In this document: positions 27,172-37,064 of the stretch, in pieces
How positions within the stretch are numbered: the first letter of the stretch is position 1
How the letters are laid out: every line of letters begins with the position of its first letter
Assembly (NCBI GenBank): GCA_964420985.1
Contig: CAYQUT010000002.1
Location: forward strand, 47,546-111,545
Direction: 5' to 3'
Source of the DNA: an uncultured Chryseobacterium sp.
Lineage (GTDB): Bacteria > Bacteroidota > Bacteroidia > Flavobacteriales_D > Sanyastnellaceae
DNA: 64,000 bases
Notes under the pieces: model-generated
Told to the model about the DNA's origin: nothing
Seen by the model: the letters and a program-made list of their open reading frames with translations, nothing else
The model's database searches: none
Program-made: the position numbers and the translations under genes

Positions 27172-27912
27172 ATGAAGCGCCCATTGATTAAAATTACAGC
27201 AGCCTTGGCTGTAGTATTGGCAGTCACTTCATGCCGTGTAGATCCCAATTCTGCTGGTTATGAATACATGCCTGACATGTATCGCTCCCCCGCTTTGGAA
27301 GCTTACGTGGATTACGGAAGCAATAAGCACATGGATTGGACTTGGCAACAGAAATCAGATGCTGGTGTAGTAACCAAGTTATCGAGAAAGCCTGCTGTTG
27401 GAACCGTTCCTTTCATGGAGGCAGATATGAAACGCGCAGAGAAATTGACCAGTGCTGGTTCTTCCTTTATGATCATGCCTTATGCTTTGAAAAATACGCC
27501 TGAGGATTATGAGCGTGCAGCGTTAGAAATTAAATCCCCATTGTTGAGCAATAAAACAAACATCGAGAAGGGTGCAGAGCTCTATCAAAAGATGTGTGCG
27601 CATTGCCATGGAAAGGAAGGAAAGGGCGATGGTGCCATTTCTGCAAGCGGAAAGATTGTTGCTCCAGATTATCCGGGTAAATTGAAAGATTTGGCTGAGG
27701 GTAAAATGTATCATTCCATCCAGTATGGAAAAGGTTTGATGGGATCGCACGCTTCTCAAATGACTAAGTTGGAACGTTGGCAAGTTGTTGAGTATGTTAA
27801 GTGCCTTCAAAAAGGTGTTCCTGCTCCCACTTATGATAAAAACGATATGGTGGTATTGGCTGCAGCAGAAGCTGCACCAGCTGCAGAAACTTCAGAAACA
27901 GCCAAACCCTAA
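27172..27912 (+). CDS. actE: alternative complex III subunit ActE (monoheme cytochrome c lipoprotein)
   Basis: Lipobox LAVTSC and a single CAHCH with a distal Met region (GLMGSHASQM). The ATG at 27172 is preferred to the TTG at 27166. Confidence 0.85.
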   Translation: MKRPLIKITAALAVVLAVTSCRVDPNSAGYEYMPDMYRSPALEAYVDYGSNKHMDWTWQQKSDAGVVTKLSRKPAVGTVPFMEADMKRAEKLTSAGSSFMIMPYALKNTPEDYERAALEIKSPLLSNKTNIEKGAELYQKMCAHCHGKEGKGDGAISASGKIVAPDYPGKLKDLAEGKMYHSIQYGKGLMGSHASQMTKLERWQVVEYVKCLQKGVPAPTYDKNDMVVLAAAEAAPAAETSETAKP

Positions 27913-27925
27913 TTGATTGACCATT

Positions 27926-29137
27926 ATGACACAAGATAAATTACAATTTCAAATTCCGAGTGGGGTCAGCAAATGGACCAACATCGGTATGGGTATTGGT
28001 TTGGTTGCTTTAATTGGCGGCTGGTTAGTGGACCATACAGAACATCATCAGTATTGGTGGGCCAACATCCTCATCAACGGTTTTTTCTTTTTTGCCATTT
28101 CTTTGGGAGCAATGTTCTTTTACGCTCTGCAATACGCCACTGAAGCTGCTTGGTCAGCTATGGTGAAGCGAGTTTTTGAAGCAATGTTCCAGTTTATTCC
28201 TGTTGGTGTAGCCATTGTTATCGTGGTTGTACTTGCTGGTCAGTTTCATTTGAATCACTTGTATCATTGGATGGATCCTGAATTGCATGATGTCAATTCA
28301 CCAGCTTATGATGAGATTATTGCCAATAAAAAACCCTATTTGTCAGCTTGGTTCTTCTGGTTAAGAATGTTGGCATATGCAGGGACTTTCATTTACTTCT
28401 CACGCAAATTCCGCGAGTGGTCTATTCAAGAAGATACCGAGGGAGGAACTGTTTTACATTACTTGCAATACCGAAAGAGTGCAGTGTTTTTGGTTTTCTT
28501 TGCTGTGTTCTCTTCAACCATGTCTTGGGATGTTTTGATGAGCATTGATACACACTGGTATTCTACCATGTACGGTTGGTATATCTTTTCTGGAATGTGG
28601 GTAACCACCATGATTTTCGCAACGCTTTCTATCGTTTGGATGAAGAACTTGGGATATTTCCAGAATTTGAACAATTCACATATTCATGATTTGGGCAAAT
28701 GGATTTTTGCAATTTCTATGTTGTGGAGCTATCTGTGGTTCTGCCAGTATATGTTGATTTGGTATTCGGATATTCCAGAGGAGGTTACTTATTTCAAAAC
28801 ACGTTATGAGCACTATATGGGCATGATGTGGACCATCTTCTTTGTGAACTTTGTCGTTCCTTTCTATGTATTGTTGTCACGTGATGCAAAGCGCAATACC
28901 AAGTATTTGACACGAGTGGGTGTTATCATTTTCGTATCTCATTTCTTTGATTTGTATTTGGCTGTAGTGCCAGGAACAAATCATGGACACGAAACTTTTA
29001 CATATTGGTTCGAATTTGGTTTGTTTATTGGTTTTTTAGGTTTATTTGTACGCATGTTTACAACGGCATTAACAAAAGCAAACCTTATCCCAACGAAACA
29101 CCCATTTTTAGAGGAAAGTGAGCACCATAGCATTTAA
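27926..29137 (+). CDS. actF: alternative complex III subunit ActF (second NrfD-like membrane subunit)
   Basis: About 400-aa polytopic membrane protein following actE. The ATG at 27926 is preferred to the TTG at 27917. Confidence 0.82.
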   Translation: MTQDKLQFQIPSGVSKWTNIGMGIGLVALIGGWLVDHTEHHQYWWANILINGFFFFAISLGAMFFYALQYATEAAWSAMVKRVFEAMFQFIPVGVAIVIVVVLAGQFHLNHLYHWMDPELHDVNSPAYDEIIANKKPYLSAWFFWLRMLAYAGTFIYFSRKFREWSIQEDTEGGTVLHYLQYRKSAVFLVFFAVFSSTMSWDVLMSIDTHWYSTMYGWYIFSGMWVTTMIFATLSIVWMKNLGYFQNLNNSHIHDLGKWIFAISMLWSYLWFCQYMLIWYSDIPEEVTYFKTRYEHYMGMMWTIFFVNFVVPFYVLLSRDAKRNTKYLTRVGVIIFVSHFFDLYLAVVPGTNHGHETFTYWFEFGLFIGFLGLFVRMFTTALTKANLIPTKHPFLEESEHHSI

Positions 29138-29168
29138 TGTTTAAGTAGGAAAGTAAAAAAGAAAAACA

Positions 29169-30398
29169 ATGAATCTATTCATTCTTTTAGTGTTGGTCTT
29201 GGCAATTATAGCGATTGCGCAATTGACAAAAGTGTATGACTTATCTCGCAGTTTGAGAAATACACGTGAGGAGGAAATAACTGCCGCGGACAATCGATTG
29301 AATGCTAACGCATGGATCGTTTGGATGATTGCGTTCTTTTCAGGAGTAATTTATCTCTATGTGAAATACGGAGATTATTTGCCCGAGTCCGCTTCAGAAC
29401 ACGGCGTCGCTGTGGATAAATTGATGTCTGTGAATATATGGATGATCACAATTGTATTTTTCGTAGTGAATTATTTCTTGTTCACGTTTGCCAATAAATA
29501 CCGTTTTAATCCAGCAAGGAGAGCAAAATTCTTTGCACATGACAATCGTTTGGAAATGATTTGGACATTGGTTCCTGGTGTTACCATGGCATTCATCATC
29601 GTATACGGATTAATTACATGGAACAATATGACGGGTGCTGCTTCTCCTGAAGCAATGCAAATTGAGTTGTATTCTAAGCAGTTTGACTGGACAGCTCGTT
29701 ACCCCGGAGAAAACAAGGTTTTTGGTGCCGCTGATTTTAATTTAATCGGAACAACCAATGGTTTGGGTTTGGTAACAGAAGAGGGTGTTGCCGCTAAATT
29801 GGCAGAAATCGACCACAACATTGCTGAAACTGAAAAGGCAATCGCCAATGGAGTGGCAGAAGGAACAATGCCCGATAGCTACAAAGAAAGTTTGGAAGAT
29901 CAGTTGTACAAATTGAAGCGCCACAAGCAACGCATTTTGGATTTGAAAGAAAATGAATTGAACGGCATCAGCCAATGGAAAGCGGGTGCAGATGATAAAT
30001 TGGTAAAAGGGGAGTTCCACATTCCTGTGGGTCAAGAGATTGAGTTTGTTTTCCGTTCGCAAGACGTTATTCACTCAGCTTACATGCCTCATTTCAGAGC
30101 TCAAATGAATACTGTACCGGGCGTCCCAACACGTTTCAAAATGAAGCCAACCATTACTACTGCTGAAATGAGAAAGAAGTTGGGTAACGATAAGTTTGAT
30201 TACATTTTGTTATGCAACAAAGTTTGTGGCGCTGCGCATTTCAACATGAAAATGACAGTGGTAGTGGATACCCCTGAAGATTATGCCGCTTGGTTGGCAG
30301 AGCAAAAGTCTTTTGGTGGAGACAAGAATGAGAAGAAAGAAGAAGCCCCTGCTTCGCCTGCAGCGGATACTACAAAAACAATGGCATCAATTAATTAA
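29169..30398 (+). CDS. cytochrome c oxidase subunit II (CuA subunit, no fused heme c domain)
   Basis: Two to three N-terminal TM helices. Cupredoxin segment with CuA ligands DVIHSAYMPH and CNKVCGAAHFNM. No CXXCH. Confidence 0.9.
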   Translation: MNLFILLVLVLAIIAIAQLTKVYDLSRSLRNTREEEITAADNRLNANAWIVWMIAFFSGVIYLYVKYGDYLPESASEHGVAVDKLMSVNIWMITIVFFVVNYFLFTFANKYRFNPARRAKFFAHDNRLEMIWTLVPGVTMAFIIVYGLITWNNMTGAASPEAMQIELYSKQFDWTARYPGENKVFGAADFNLIGTTNGLGLVTEEGVAAKLAEIDHNIAETEKAIANGVAEGTMPDSYKESLEDQLYKLKRHKQRILDLKENELNGISQWKAGADDKLVKGEFHIPVGQEIEFVFRSQDVIHSAYMPHFRAQMNTVPGVPTRFKMKPTITTAEMRKKLGNDKFDYILLCNKVCGAAHFNMKMTVVVDTPEDYAAWLAEQKSFGGDKNEKKEEAPASPAADTTKTMASIN

Positions 30399-30415
30399 AA
30401 AATAGACAGAGAGAA

Positions 30416-32185
30416 ATGGGAGCACATTCACACGATCACGGACATCACGAGGAAAGCTTTATCTCGAAATATATCTTTTCTCAAGATCATAAGATGATCT
30501 CCAAGCAGTTTTTGGTAACTGCTATTTTCATGGGAGTCATCGCAGTAATGTTGTCTATTTTCTTCCGCCTTCAATTGGGATGGCCAGGAGAAAAGTTTGG
30601 TATTCTAAACGCCTTTCTTGGAGACAAATGGGCACCAGATGGAATTTTGGATAAGAATGCTTATTTGGCAATGGTGACTATTCATGGTACCATTATGGTA
30701 TTTTTTGTGTTGACAGGAGGTTTGTCAGGAACTTTTGCCAACTTGTTGATTCCATTGCAAATTGGTGCCCGTGATATGGCATCTGGATTCATGAATATGT
30801 TGTCTTATTGGTTTTTCTTGGTATCCAGTTTAATCATGGTAGCTTCCCTCTTTGTGGAAGGAGGTGCTGCATCAGGTGGTTGGACAATTTATCCTCCATT
30901 ATCTGCCCTTCCTCAGGCTATGCCAGGTTCTGGTACGGGTATGACCTTGTGGTTGATTTCAATGGTTCTTTTCGTCGCATCATCTTTGTTGGGTGGTTTG
31001 AATTACATTGTAACCATCATCAATTTAAGAACCAAGGGAATGAAAATGACCCGTCTTCCTTTGACCATTTGGGCGTTATTGGTTACCGCGATATTGGGCG
31101 TGTTGTCATTCCCTGTGTTGGTGTCTTGTGTGGTTCTATTGATCATGGACCGTACAATGGGTACAGCCTTCTATTTGTCTGATATTTTCATTCAAGGTGA
31201 AGCTTTGGATGTAACTGGAGGGTCACCCATTTTGTTCCAGCATTTATTCTGGTTCTTGGGTCACCCTGAAGTTTATATCGTATTGTTACCTGCACTGGGT
31301 ATTTCATCTGAGATCATTGCAACCAATTCACGTAAACCCATCTTCGGTTACAAGGCGATGATTGGTTCAATCTTGGCCATTGGTTTCCTTTCTTTCATCG
31401 TATGGGGTCACCATATGTATGTGACAGGAATGAATCCCTTTATCGGTTCCGTTTTCGTTTTCACCACGTTGTTGATCGCTATTCCTTCCGCAGTAAAAGC
31501 GTTTAATTATATTACAACCTTATGGCAAGGTAATATCAAATTTACCCCCGCCATGATGTTCTCAGTTGGTTTGGTGAGCACTTTTGTAACGGGTGGATTG
31601 ACAGGTATCATTTTGGCTGACTCTGCTTTGGACGTGAACGTTCATGATACTTATTTTGTAGTTGCTCACTTCCACATTGTAATGGGTATGTCCGCTATAT
31701 TTGGGATGCTAGGTGGTGTTTATCATTGGTTCCCTAAAATGTATGGCAGAATGATGAATTCTAAATTGGGTTATGCACATTTCTGGTTGACGATGGTTTG
31801 TGGTTTTGGTGTGTTTTTCCCGATGCACTTTGTCGGTATTGCTGGTGCCCCACGTCGTTATTATGATTACTCCGAATTTGATTACTTGGATGCTGTGATG
31901 GATCTGAACCCTTTGATTTCTACCTTTGCGATCATCGGTGGCGCGGCTCAATTGTTGTTTATATTTAATTTCTTTCATAGTATTTGGTATGGCCAAAAGG
32001 CAACTCAAAATCCTTGGAACTCAAACACATTGGAATGGACTACTCCAGTGGCTCATATCCATGGTAACTGGCCAGGAGCACTTCCAGAAGTTCACCGTTG
32101 GGCTTATGATTATTCAAATCCAGAGCACGAAGAGGATTTTGTCTCACAAATTGTCCCTTTGAAAGCAGGTGAACACGCGCATTAA
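30416..32185 (+). CDS. cytochrome c oxidase subunit I
   Basis: 589 aa. Heme-copper oxidase signatures (WFFGHPEVY-type LFWFLGHPEVYIVLLP; VWGHHMY; HDTYFVVAHFH). Confidence 0.96.
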   Translation: MGAHSHDHGHHEESFISKYIFSQDHKMISKQFLVTAIFMGVIAVMLSIFFRLQLGWPGEKFGILNAFLGDKWAPDGILDKNAYLAMVTIHGTIMVFFVLTGGLSGTFANLLIPLQIGARDMASGFMNMLSYWFFLVSSLIMVASLFVEGGAASGGWTIYPPLSALPQAMPGSGTGMTLWLISMVLFVASSLLGGLNYIVTIINLRTKGMKMTRLPLTIWALLVTAILGVLSFPVLVSCVVLLIMDRTMGTAFYLSDIFIQGEALDVTGGSPILFQHLFWFLGHPEVYIVLLPALGISSEIIATNSRKPIFGYKAMIGSILAIGFLSFIVWGHHMYVTGMNPFIGSVFVFTTLLIAIPSAVKAFNYITTLWQGNIKFTPAMMFSVGLVSTFVTGGLTGIILADSALDVNVHDTYFVVAHFHIVMGMSAIFGMLGGVYHWFPKMYGRMMNSKLGYAHFWLTMVCGFGVFFPMHFVGIAGAPRRYYDYSEFDYLDAVMDLNPLISTFAIIGGAAQLLFIFNFFHSIWYGQKATQNPWNSNTLEWTTPVAHIHGNWPGALPEVHRWAYDYSNPEHEEDFVSQIVPLKAGEHAH

Positions 32186-32200
32186 AAAATTGATTCTTTT

Positions 32201-32236
32201 AAAAAAAATCCGCAACCTGAGTTTGCGGATTTTTTG
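32201..32236 (+). terminator. rho-independent terminator after cox subunit I
   Basis: A-run, then atccgcaa-cctgagt-ttgcggat, then ttttt. It overlaps the 5' end of the next ORF as drawn in the track. Confidence 0.75.
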
Positions 32237-32855
32237 TTTCTGCGCACTGAAACTCGCTTTTTTCAGAGCCGATGCTCAAGTGTACACATTGGGTGACACA
32301 TTAAAGGCTCATTTGTCAGTGCCCCCTAAACCAACCTTTTATTGGTCCAGTTACAATTCCTTTATGACAGGCAGAAGAATAGGTATTCAAGCCCTAAAGG
32401 CTGGGCTTATTTTTAACAAACGACTGACTTTAGGGATAGGTTATCATTGGATGGAGAAGGGTGTTGATGAGTTTGTAAGCAGTCAGAATAAAATGGTACC
32501 CCTCAAGATGCGGTACGCCTCTTTGTTTGGAGAATTTGTATTCTATAACAAGAAAAAATGGATTGGTACCCTCCCGGTTCAATTGGGTTGGGGAAGATCA
32601 TTCTTGCATTGGAAAATGGATGGAGAGAATATAAAATGGAAAGAAGGATGGGTACTCTTGTATGAGCCATCAATTTCTATTGAGTATAAGTTTTCGCCTT
32701 GGATAGCAATAGGAATGGGCTATGGCTACAGGATAATGTTAAAAAACAACCGCGAAATTGACCAGAACTTTTATGCTCCATTATATGTTTTCAAGGCAAG
32801 AATATTGTTTGAAGACTTGTGGGAGAGATATCAGGATAGAATCTTAAAGGATTAA
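32223..32855 (+). CDS. hypothetical secreted or outer-membrane protein (beta-rich)
   Basis: Long ORF with alternating hydrophobic/aromatic strands (IGIGYHWM, ASLFGEFVFY, WIAIGMGYGYRIM). The start is uncertain. The track's GTG at 32169 overlaps coxI and the terminator. A TTG at 32223 gives a plausible signal peptide, MRIFCFCALKLAFFRADA/Q. Confidence 0.5.
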   Translation: MRIFCFCALKLAFFRADAQVYTLGDTLKAHLSVPPKPTFYWSSYNSFMTGRRIGIQALKAGLIFNKRLTLGIGYHWMEKGVDEFVSSQNKMVPLKMRYASLFGEFVFYNKKKWIGTLPVQLGWGRSFLHWKMDGENIKWKEGWVLLYEPSISIEYKFSPWIAIGMGYGYRIMLKNNREIDQNFYAPLYVFKARILFEDLWERYQDRILKD

Positions 32856-32857
32856 CT

Positions 32858-32865
32858 TAACTTTG
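32858..32865 (+). promoter_or_regulatory. candidate -7 promoter box (TAACTTTG) for ruvB
   Basis: Exact TAnnTTTG match, with 5 nt between the box and the ruvB ATG (32871). Confidence 0.35.
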
Positions 32866-32870
32866 TCTAT

Positions 32871-33890
32871 ATGTCTGAATTTGATATCCGTGAGCAGGCG
32901 GAAAATGGCGGTGATCGCGATTTTGAGAGAGCCTTAAGGCCCAAAATGTTTGATGATTTTACTGGGCAGCGCCAAGTTCTTGAGAATCTTCAAATTTTTG
33001 TTTCTGCCGCAAAATTGCGAGAGGAGAGTTTGGATCATGTACTCCTTCATGGACCTCCCGGTTTGGGTAAAACGACATTAGCCAATATCATCGCCAATGA
33101 AATGGGAGTAGGGATAAAAACTACTTCAGGTCCCGTATTGGACAAGCCTGCTGATTTGGCAGGGCTATTGACCAATCTCGAGCCCAATGATATCTTATTC
33201 ATAGACGAGATTCATCGTTTGAGCCCGGTGGTTGAAGAATATTTGTACTCTGCAATGGAGGATTTTAAAATAGATTTGGTTATTGACACAGGACCCAATG
33301 CGAGAACGGTTCAAATAGCGTTGAATCCATTTACTTTGGTGGGGGCTACAACAAGATCAGGTTTATTGACATCACCATTAAGGGCAAGGTTTGGAATCAA
33401 CGCTCGGTTATCCTACTACGATGCTAAAATTTTGACAGATATCGTAGAGCGCAGTGCTGGAATATTGGGTATACCCATTCATGAAACAGCCGCTTTTGAA
33501 ATGGCCAGAAGAAGCCGTGGTACCCCAAGGATTGCCAATGCCCTTTTGAGAAGAGTTAGAGACTTTGCTCAGATCAAAGGAGATGGAACCATTGCCTTGG
33601 ATATTACCCAAACTGCTTTGAGTGCGCTGAATGTGGATACTTTTGGATTGGATGAAATGGACAACAAGATTCTAACTTGTTTAATGGACAAGTTTAATGG
33701 AGGTCCAGTTGGTCTCACAACCATAGCCACCGCTGTGGGAGAGGATTCGGGAACGATTGAAGAAGTATATGAGCCTTTTCTTATTCAAGAAGGGTTTCTC
33801 ATTAGAACACCAAGAGGAAGACAGATTACTGATAAAACCTATTCTCATCTTGGAAAGGGAACGAAGAGAAACCCTGGACAGTTGTTTTAG
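32871..33890 (+). CDS. ruvB: Holliday junction branch migration helicase RuvB
   Basis: [12 protein letters not shown], Walker [10 protein letters not shown], Walker [10 protein letters not shown], and [17 protein letters not shown]. Confidence 0.97.
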   Translation: MSEFDIREQAENGGDRDFERALRPKMFDDFTGQRQVLENLQIFVSAAKLREESLDHVLLHGPPGLGKTTLANIIANEMGVGIKTTSGPVLDKPADLAGLLTNLEPNDILFIDEIHRLSPVVEEYLYSAMEDFKIDLVIDTGPNARTVQIALNPFTLVGATTRSGLLTSPLRARFGINARLSYYDAKILTDIVERSAGILGIPIHETAAFEMARRSRGTPRIANALLRRVRDFAQIKGDGTIALDITQTALSALNVDTFGLDEMDNKILTCLMDKFNGGPVGLTTIATAVGEDSGTIEEVYEPFLIQEGFLIRTPRGRQITDKTYSHLGKGTKRNPGQLF

Positions 33891-33892
33891 TT

Positions 33893-34819
33893 ATGGATCT
33901 CATTGCGCAGCGGCGGAGTCAACAATTGAAGGCATGGGCAAAAGACCTGGGATTTATCGGTTGTGGCATCAGTAAATCAGGATTTTTAGAGGAAGAAGCT
34001 CCGCGTCTGGAATCTTGGCTGAAAAATGGTCATCATGGAAAGATGGCCTACATGGAACGTTATTTTGACGAGCGGCTGGATACAAGAAAGTTGGTGAACG
34101 GAAGCCAATCTGTTGTCAGTTTATTGTACAATTATTTCCCTGAAAAGACGATACAGGCGGAAGATGTGAAAATAGCCAAGTATGCCTACGGAGAAGATTA
34201 TCATGTTGTTATTAAAGACAAATTAAGAGGGTTATTGAACACCATCCAATCCAATTGGGGACAGGTAGAAGGAAGATGTTTTGTGGACAGTGCGCCAATT
34301 TTAGAAAAGGCTTGGGCAGCCAAGTCAGGGCTAGGTTGGGTGGGAAAAAATGCTAATTTGATACAGAGGAAAGTAGGCTCATTTTTTTTTCTAGCGGAAT
34401 TAATCATCGATGTTGCATTAGAACCGGATGGGCCAACTACTGACCATTGCGGAACCTGCACAAAATGCATCGATGCATGTCCTACTGAGGCCATCGTTAG
34501 CCCGAATGTCGTGGACGGAAGTAAGTGCATTTCTTATTTTACCATTGAGTTGAAAGATTCTATACCTCATGCTTACAAGGGACAATGGAATGATTGGGCA
34601 TTTGGTTGTGATATTTGCCAGGACATTTGCCCTTGGAATAGATTTTCAAGGTCTCACGTTGAAAACCGGTTTGAACCCAATGTGACGATCTTAAGTAAAA
34701 ACCAAAAAGATTGGATGCAAACAACAGAGGAGGAGTTTAAAAAGTTGACCAAAGGAACACCACTAGAGAGGGCAAAATGGAGCGGAATGATAAAAAACAT
34801 CCAACATTTAATGACATAG
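33893..34819 (+). CDS. queG: tRNA epoxyqueuosine(34) reductase
   Basis: 4Fe-4S motifs [13 protein letters not shown] and [19 protein letters not shown] segment typical of QueG. Confidence 0.9.
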   Translation: MDLIAQRRSQQLKAWAKDLGFIGCGISKSGFLEEEAPRLESWLKNGHHGKMAYMERYFDERLDTRKLVNGSQSVVSLLYNYFPEKTIQAEDVKIAKYAYGEDYHVVIKDKLRGLLNTIQSNWGQVEGRCFVDSAPILEKAWAAKSGLGWVGKNANLIQRKVGSFFFLAELIIDVALEPDGPTTDHCGTCTKCIDACPTEAIVSPNVVDGSKCISYFTIELKDSIPHAYKGQWNDWAFGCDICQDICPWNRFSRSHVENRFEPNVTILSKNQKDWMQTTEEEFKKLTKGTPLERAKWSGMIKNIQHLMT

Positions 34820-34894
34820 ACAATTAAAGGTTGCTTATTTGATGAAACTATTTTACATTTATAGCGTTTTAAGACCAAACCTAAATATTCCTGT

Positions 34895-35797
34895 ATGAAG
34901 AAAAGATTGATTGGTTTTGTTGTATTGAGCGGATTGGCCATTTCGGCTTTGCAGTTCACCTCTTGTGGAGGATGTCAACAAAGCGCACAGCAACAACCAC
35001 CAATGGATGCCAAGAAGGATTCCATGGATCAAGCGCGCATTGAGCAATTGAAGAAAATATTTTTCAATATACCTTCTCCCATCGAGATGGCTTCTTTAAT
35101 CAAAAAAGAAGGCTATGCCTACGATAAGAAGATGCTTAATCCTGTAGAGAACGTAAACAAGTACATTGGCGAAGCAAAACAGGCCATCAATTTGGGTATT
35201 TATGGTGCAGACTTGAGCTACGCTTCCATATTTGATCAGAAACAAGAGAGTATGATTTATTTTGCTGCTGCCAAGAAATTGGCTTCGGCGATGTCCATTG
35301 ATGGAGGAATCAACGATTCAGTGGTTACCAAGCTTGCTGAGAATCAAGACAACCGCGACAGTATTCTGAAAATTGTTACTGCTGCTTATGGAGATCTAAA
35401 TGGTTATTTGAAAGAAAATGACAGAATTGAGATTTCTGCATTGGTCATTTCAGGAGGCTGGTTAGAGGCTTTGCATTTGAGCTTACAATATGCGCAGAAG
35501 GCAAAAGGAGATGCTTTGAAAACCAGAATTGGTGAACAAAAACTGGTCTTGGAGAATCTATTGAACTACTATTCCAGCTTTGATTCAAAACCCGTTCTAA
35601 ACGAAATGAAGAACGATCTTTTGGAAATTCAAAAAGTTTTGGGTCAAGTGGAAATGTCGTCTCAAAAGACAACTACAACCAAGGCGGAAGATGGCGTAAT
35701 GGTCATTGGCAACGGCGCAAAAACAGCTGTGAAAGATGATACCTTAAATGCCCTTACTGAAACCGTGAAAAAGATCAGAACCAAGTACACCTCTTAA
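34895..35797 (+). CDS. hypothetical lipoprotein
   Basis: Lipobox LQFTSC after a signal peptide. The mature part is mostly helical. No family recognised. Confidence 0.6.
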   Translation: MKKRLIGFVVLSGLAISALQFTSCGGCQQSAQQQPPMDAKKDSMDQARIEQLKKIFFNIPSPIEMASLIKKEGYAYDKKMLNPVENVNKYIGEAKQAINLGIYGADLSYASIFDQKQESMIYFAAAKKLASAMSIDGGINDSVVTKLAENQDNRDSILKIVTAAYGDLNGYLKENDRIEISALVISGGWLEALHLSLQYAQKAKGDALKTRIGEQKLVLENLLNYYSSFDSKPVLNEMKNDLLEIQKVLGQVEMSSQKTTTTKAEDGVMVIGNGAKTAVKDDTLNALTETVKKIRTKYTS

Positions 35798-36234
35798 TGA
35801 TTATTCCAATGAAGAAAATATTTTTCTCTCTTGCTCTAAGTGTGATAATGGCTTCGGCCGCAAGCGCACAATGCAGAGCATTTACCAAGAACAGAGTATT
35901 ACCCAACTTGTCAGGATATATTCAAAATGAAAATTACAATGCTGCACTTTTCATGGAAGGTGATGAAGCGGAAGTATTGATGACATTTTATGGTGGCAAG
36001 GACTATCGTTTGGTGGTTATGGCTCACCCCGTATTGCCTGAAGTTGAGTTTGAAGTTTTGGATACCAACGATGAGTTATTATATACCAATAAAACGGCAA
36101 CCAATAAATCAAGTTTTGACTTTAGAATGGCCAATACGCAGCAATTGAAGGTGCGTGTCCGCGTGCCTGACTCCGGAGGGACAATCGTCCGTCAAGGATG
36201 TGTTACTGTTGTGGCAGGTCACAAAGAAAAGTAA
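35797..36234 (+). CDS. hypothetical secreted protein
   Basis: Signal peptide (..LSVIMASAASA/Q). 145 aa, beta-rich. ATGA overlap with the upstream lipoprotein gene. Confidence 0.55.
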   Translation: MIIPMKKIFFSLALSVIMASAASAQCRAFTKNRVLPNLSGYIQNENYNAALFMEGDEAEVLMTFYGGKDYRLVVMAHPVLPEVEFEVLDTNDELLYTNKTATNKSSFDFRMANTQQLKVRVRVPDSGGTIVRQGCVTVVAGHKEK

Positions 36235-36248
36235 ATAAAAAAGTTTTT

Positions 36249-36275
36249 GAAAAGGACCGTAAGGTCCTTTTTTTA
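36249..36275. terminator. bidirectional rho-independent terminator
   Basis: aaaaggacc-gtaa-ggtcctttt plus a T-run, between convergent genes (35797-36234 + and birA -). Confidence 0.8.
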
Positions 36276-37001
36276 TTCCCAAATCCATTGAATCTCGCCG
36301 GATTGAAAATGGTGGATTCTTTTCTCGATAGAGAAGATTAATCTTCCCCACTCATCAACGCCCTGAATGTATCCATGAATCACTTGCTCATTGTGTTTTA
36401 ATGCAATGAGGTCCTTTGAACGGAAAAGGTGGAGAAGGTATTGTTCTCTTATCACAAAAGGGTTAAGTTTTAATTCCTCTAGTTTTTCTAGTAAATTTTT
36501 ATGGAGTGTTTGGAGAAAGGAATCTGTCGAGGCAATATCTGATCCCGCTAATACCAGTGATGTAGCATGAGGAAATGAAAACTGAGTTTGAAAAATATTT
36601 ACTCCAATTCCACATAGTGATGATTTAATATCATCCCCTTGAATATAATTTTCAATGAGAATTCCAGCAATTTTTTTATCGTTCACAATGATATCATTGG
36701 GCCATTTGATGAAAACTTCTTGATTGATCCAGTCATGGATACTTTGACACACCGCCAATGCAATGGATTGATTGTAAACGAAACCATTGGCAACTTTAAG
36801 GTCCTTAAAATGAAAAATCCATGTTGCTGCTAAATTTTGATCAGATGCTCCCTCCCACGAATTCTCACGTTGCCCTCTGCCTTGGGTTTGAAATTGCGCC
36901 GTTATGACAGTTCCGTGCGGCAATCTTTCCGATTTCATTAAATTGGAGGCATAGTTGTTTGTTGAATCTATCTCTAAAAGTGAAATGCGGTTAATTTCCA
37001 T
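36273..37001 (-). CDS. birA: biotin--[acetyl-CoA-carboxylase] ligase
   Basis: LLEIDSTNNY and the biotin-binding loop TQGRGQRENSW, plus KWPNDI. I prefer the ATG at 37001 (MEINRISLLEIDSTN), because the track's 37130 start would overlap rsfS and its promoter. Confidence 0.85.
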   Translation of the reverse strand: MEINRISLLEIDSTNNYASNLMKSERLPHGTVITAQFQTQGRGQRENSWEGASDQNLAATWIFHFKDLKVANGFVYNQSIALAVCQSIHDWINQEVFIKWPNDIIVNDKKIAGILIENYIQGDDIKSSLCGIGVNIFQTQFSFPHATSLVLAGSDIASTDSFLQTLHKNLLEKLEELKLNPFVIREQYLLHLFRSKDLIALKHNEQVIHGYIQGVDEWGRLIFSIEKRIHHFQSGEIQWIWE

Positions 37002-37024
37002 GAAAGGCGAAGATAAACCACATT

Positions 37025-37051
37025 TTTGAGGCGTGGAAGATTGTACATTTG
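37025..37051 (+). promoter_or_regulatory. candidate -33 TTTG / -7 TACATTTG promoter for rsfS-ftsH
   Basis: TTTG at 37025-37028 and TACATTTG at 37044-37051. The 15-nt spacer is short. The box lies 13 nt before the rsfS ATG. Confidence 0.35.
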
Positions 37052-37064
37052 CACAAATTAGATT

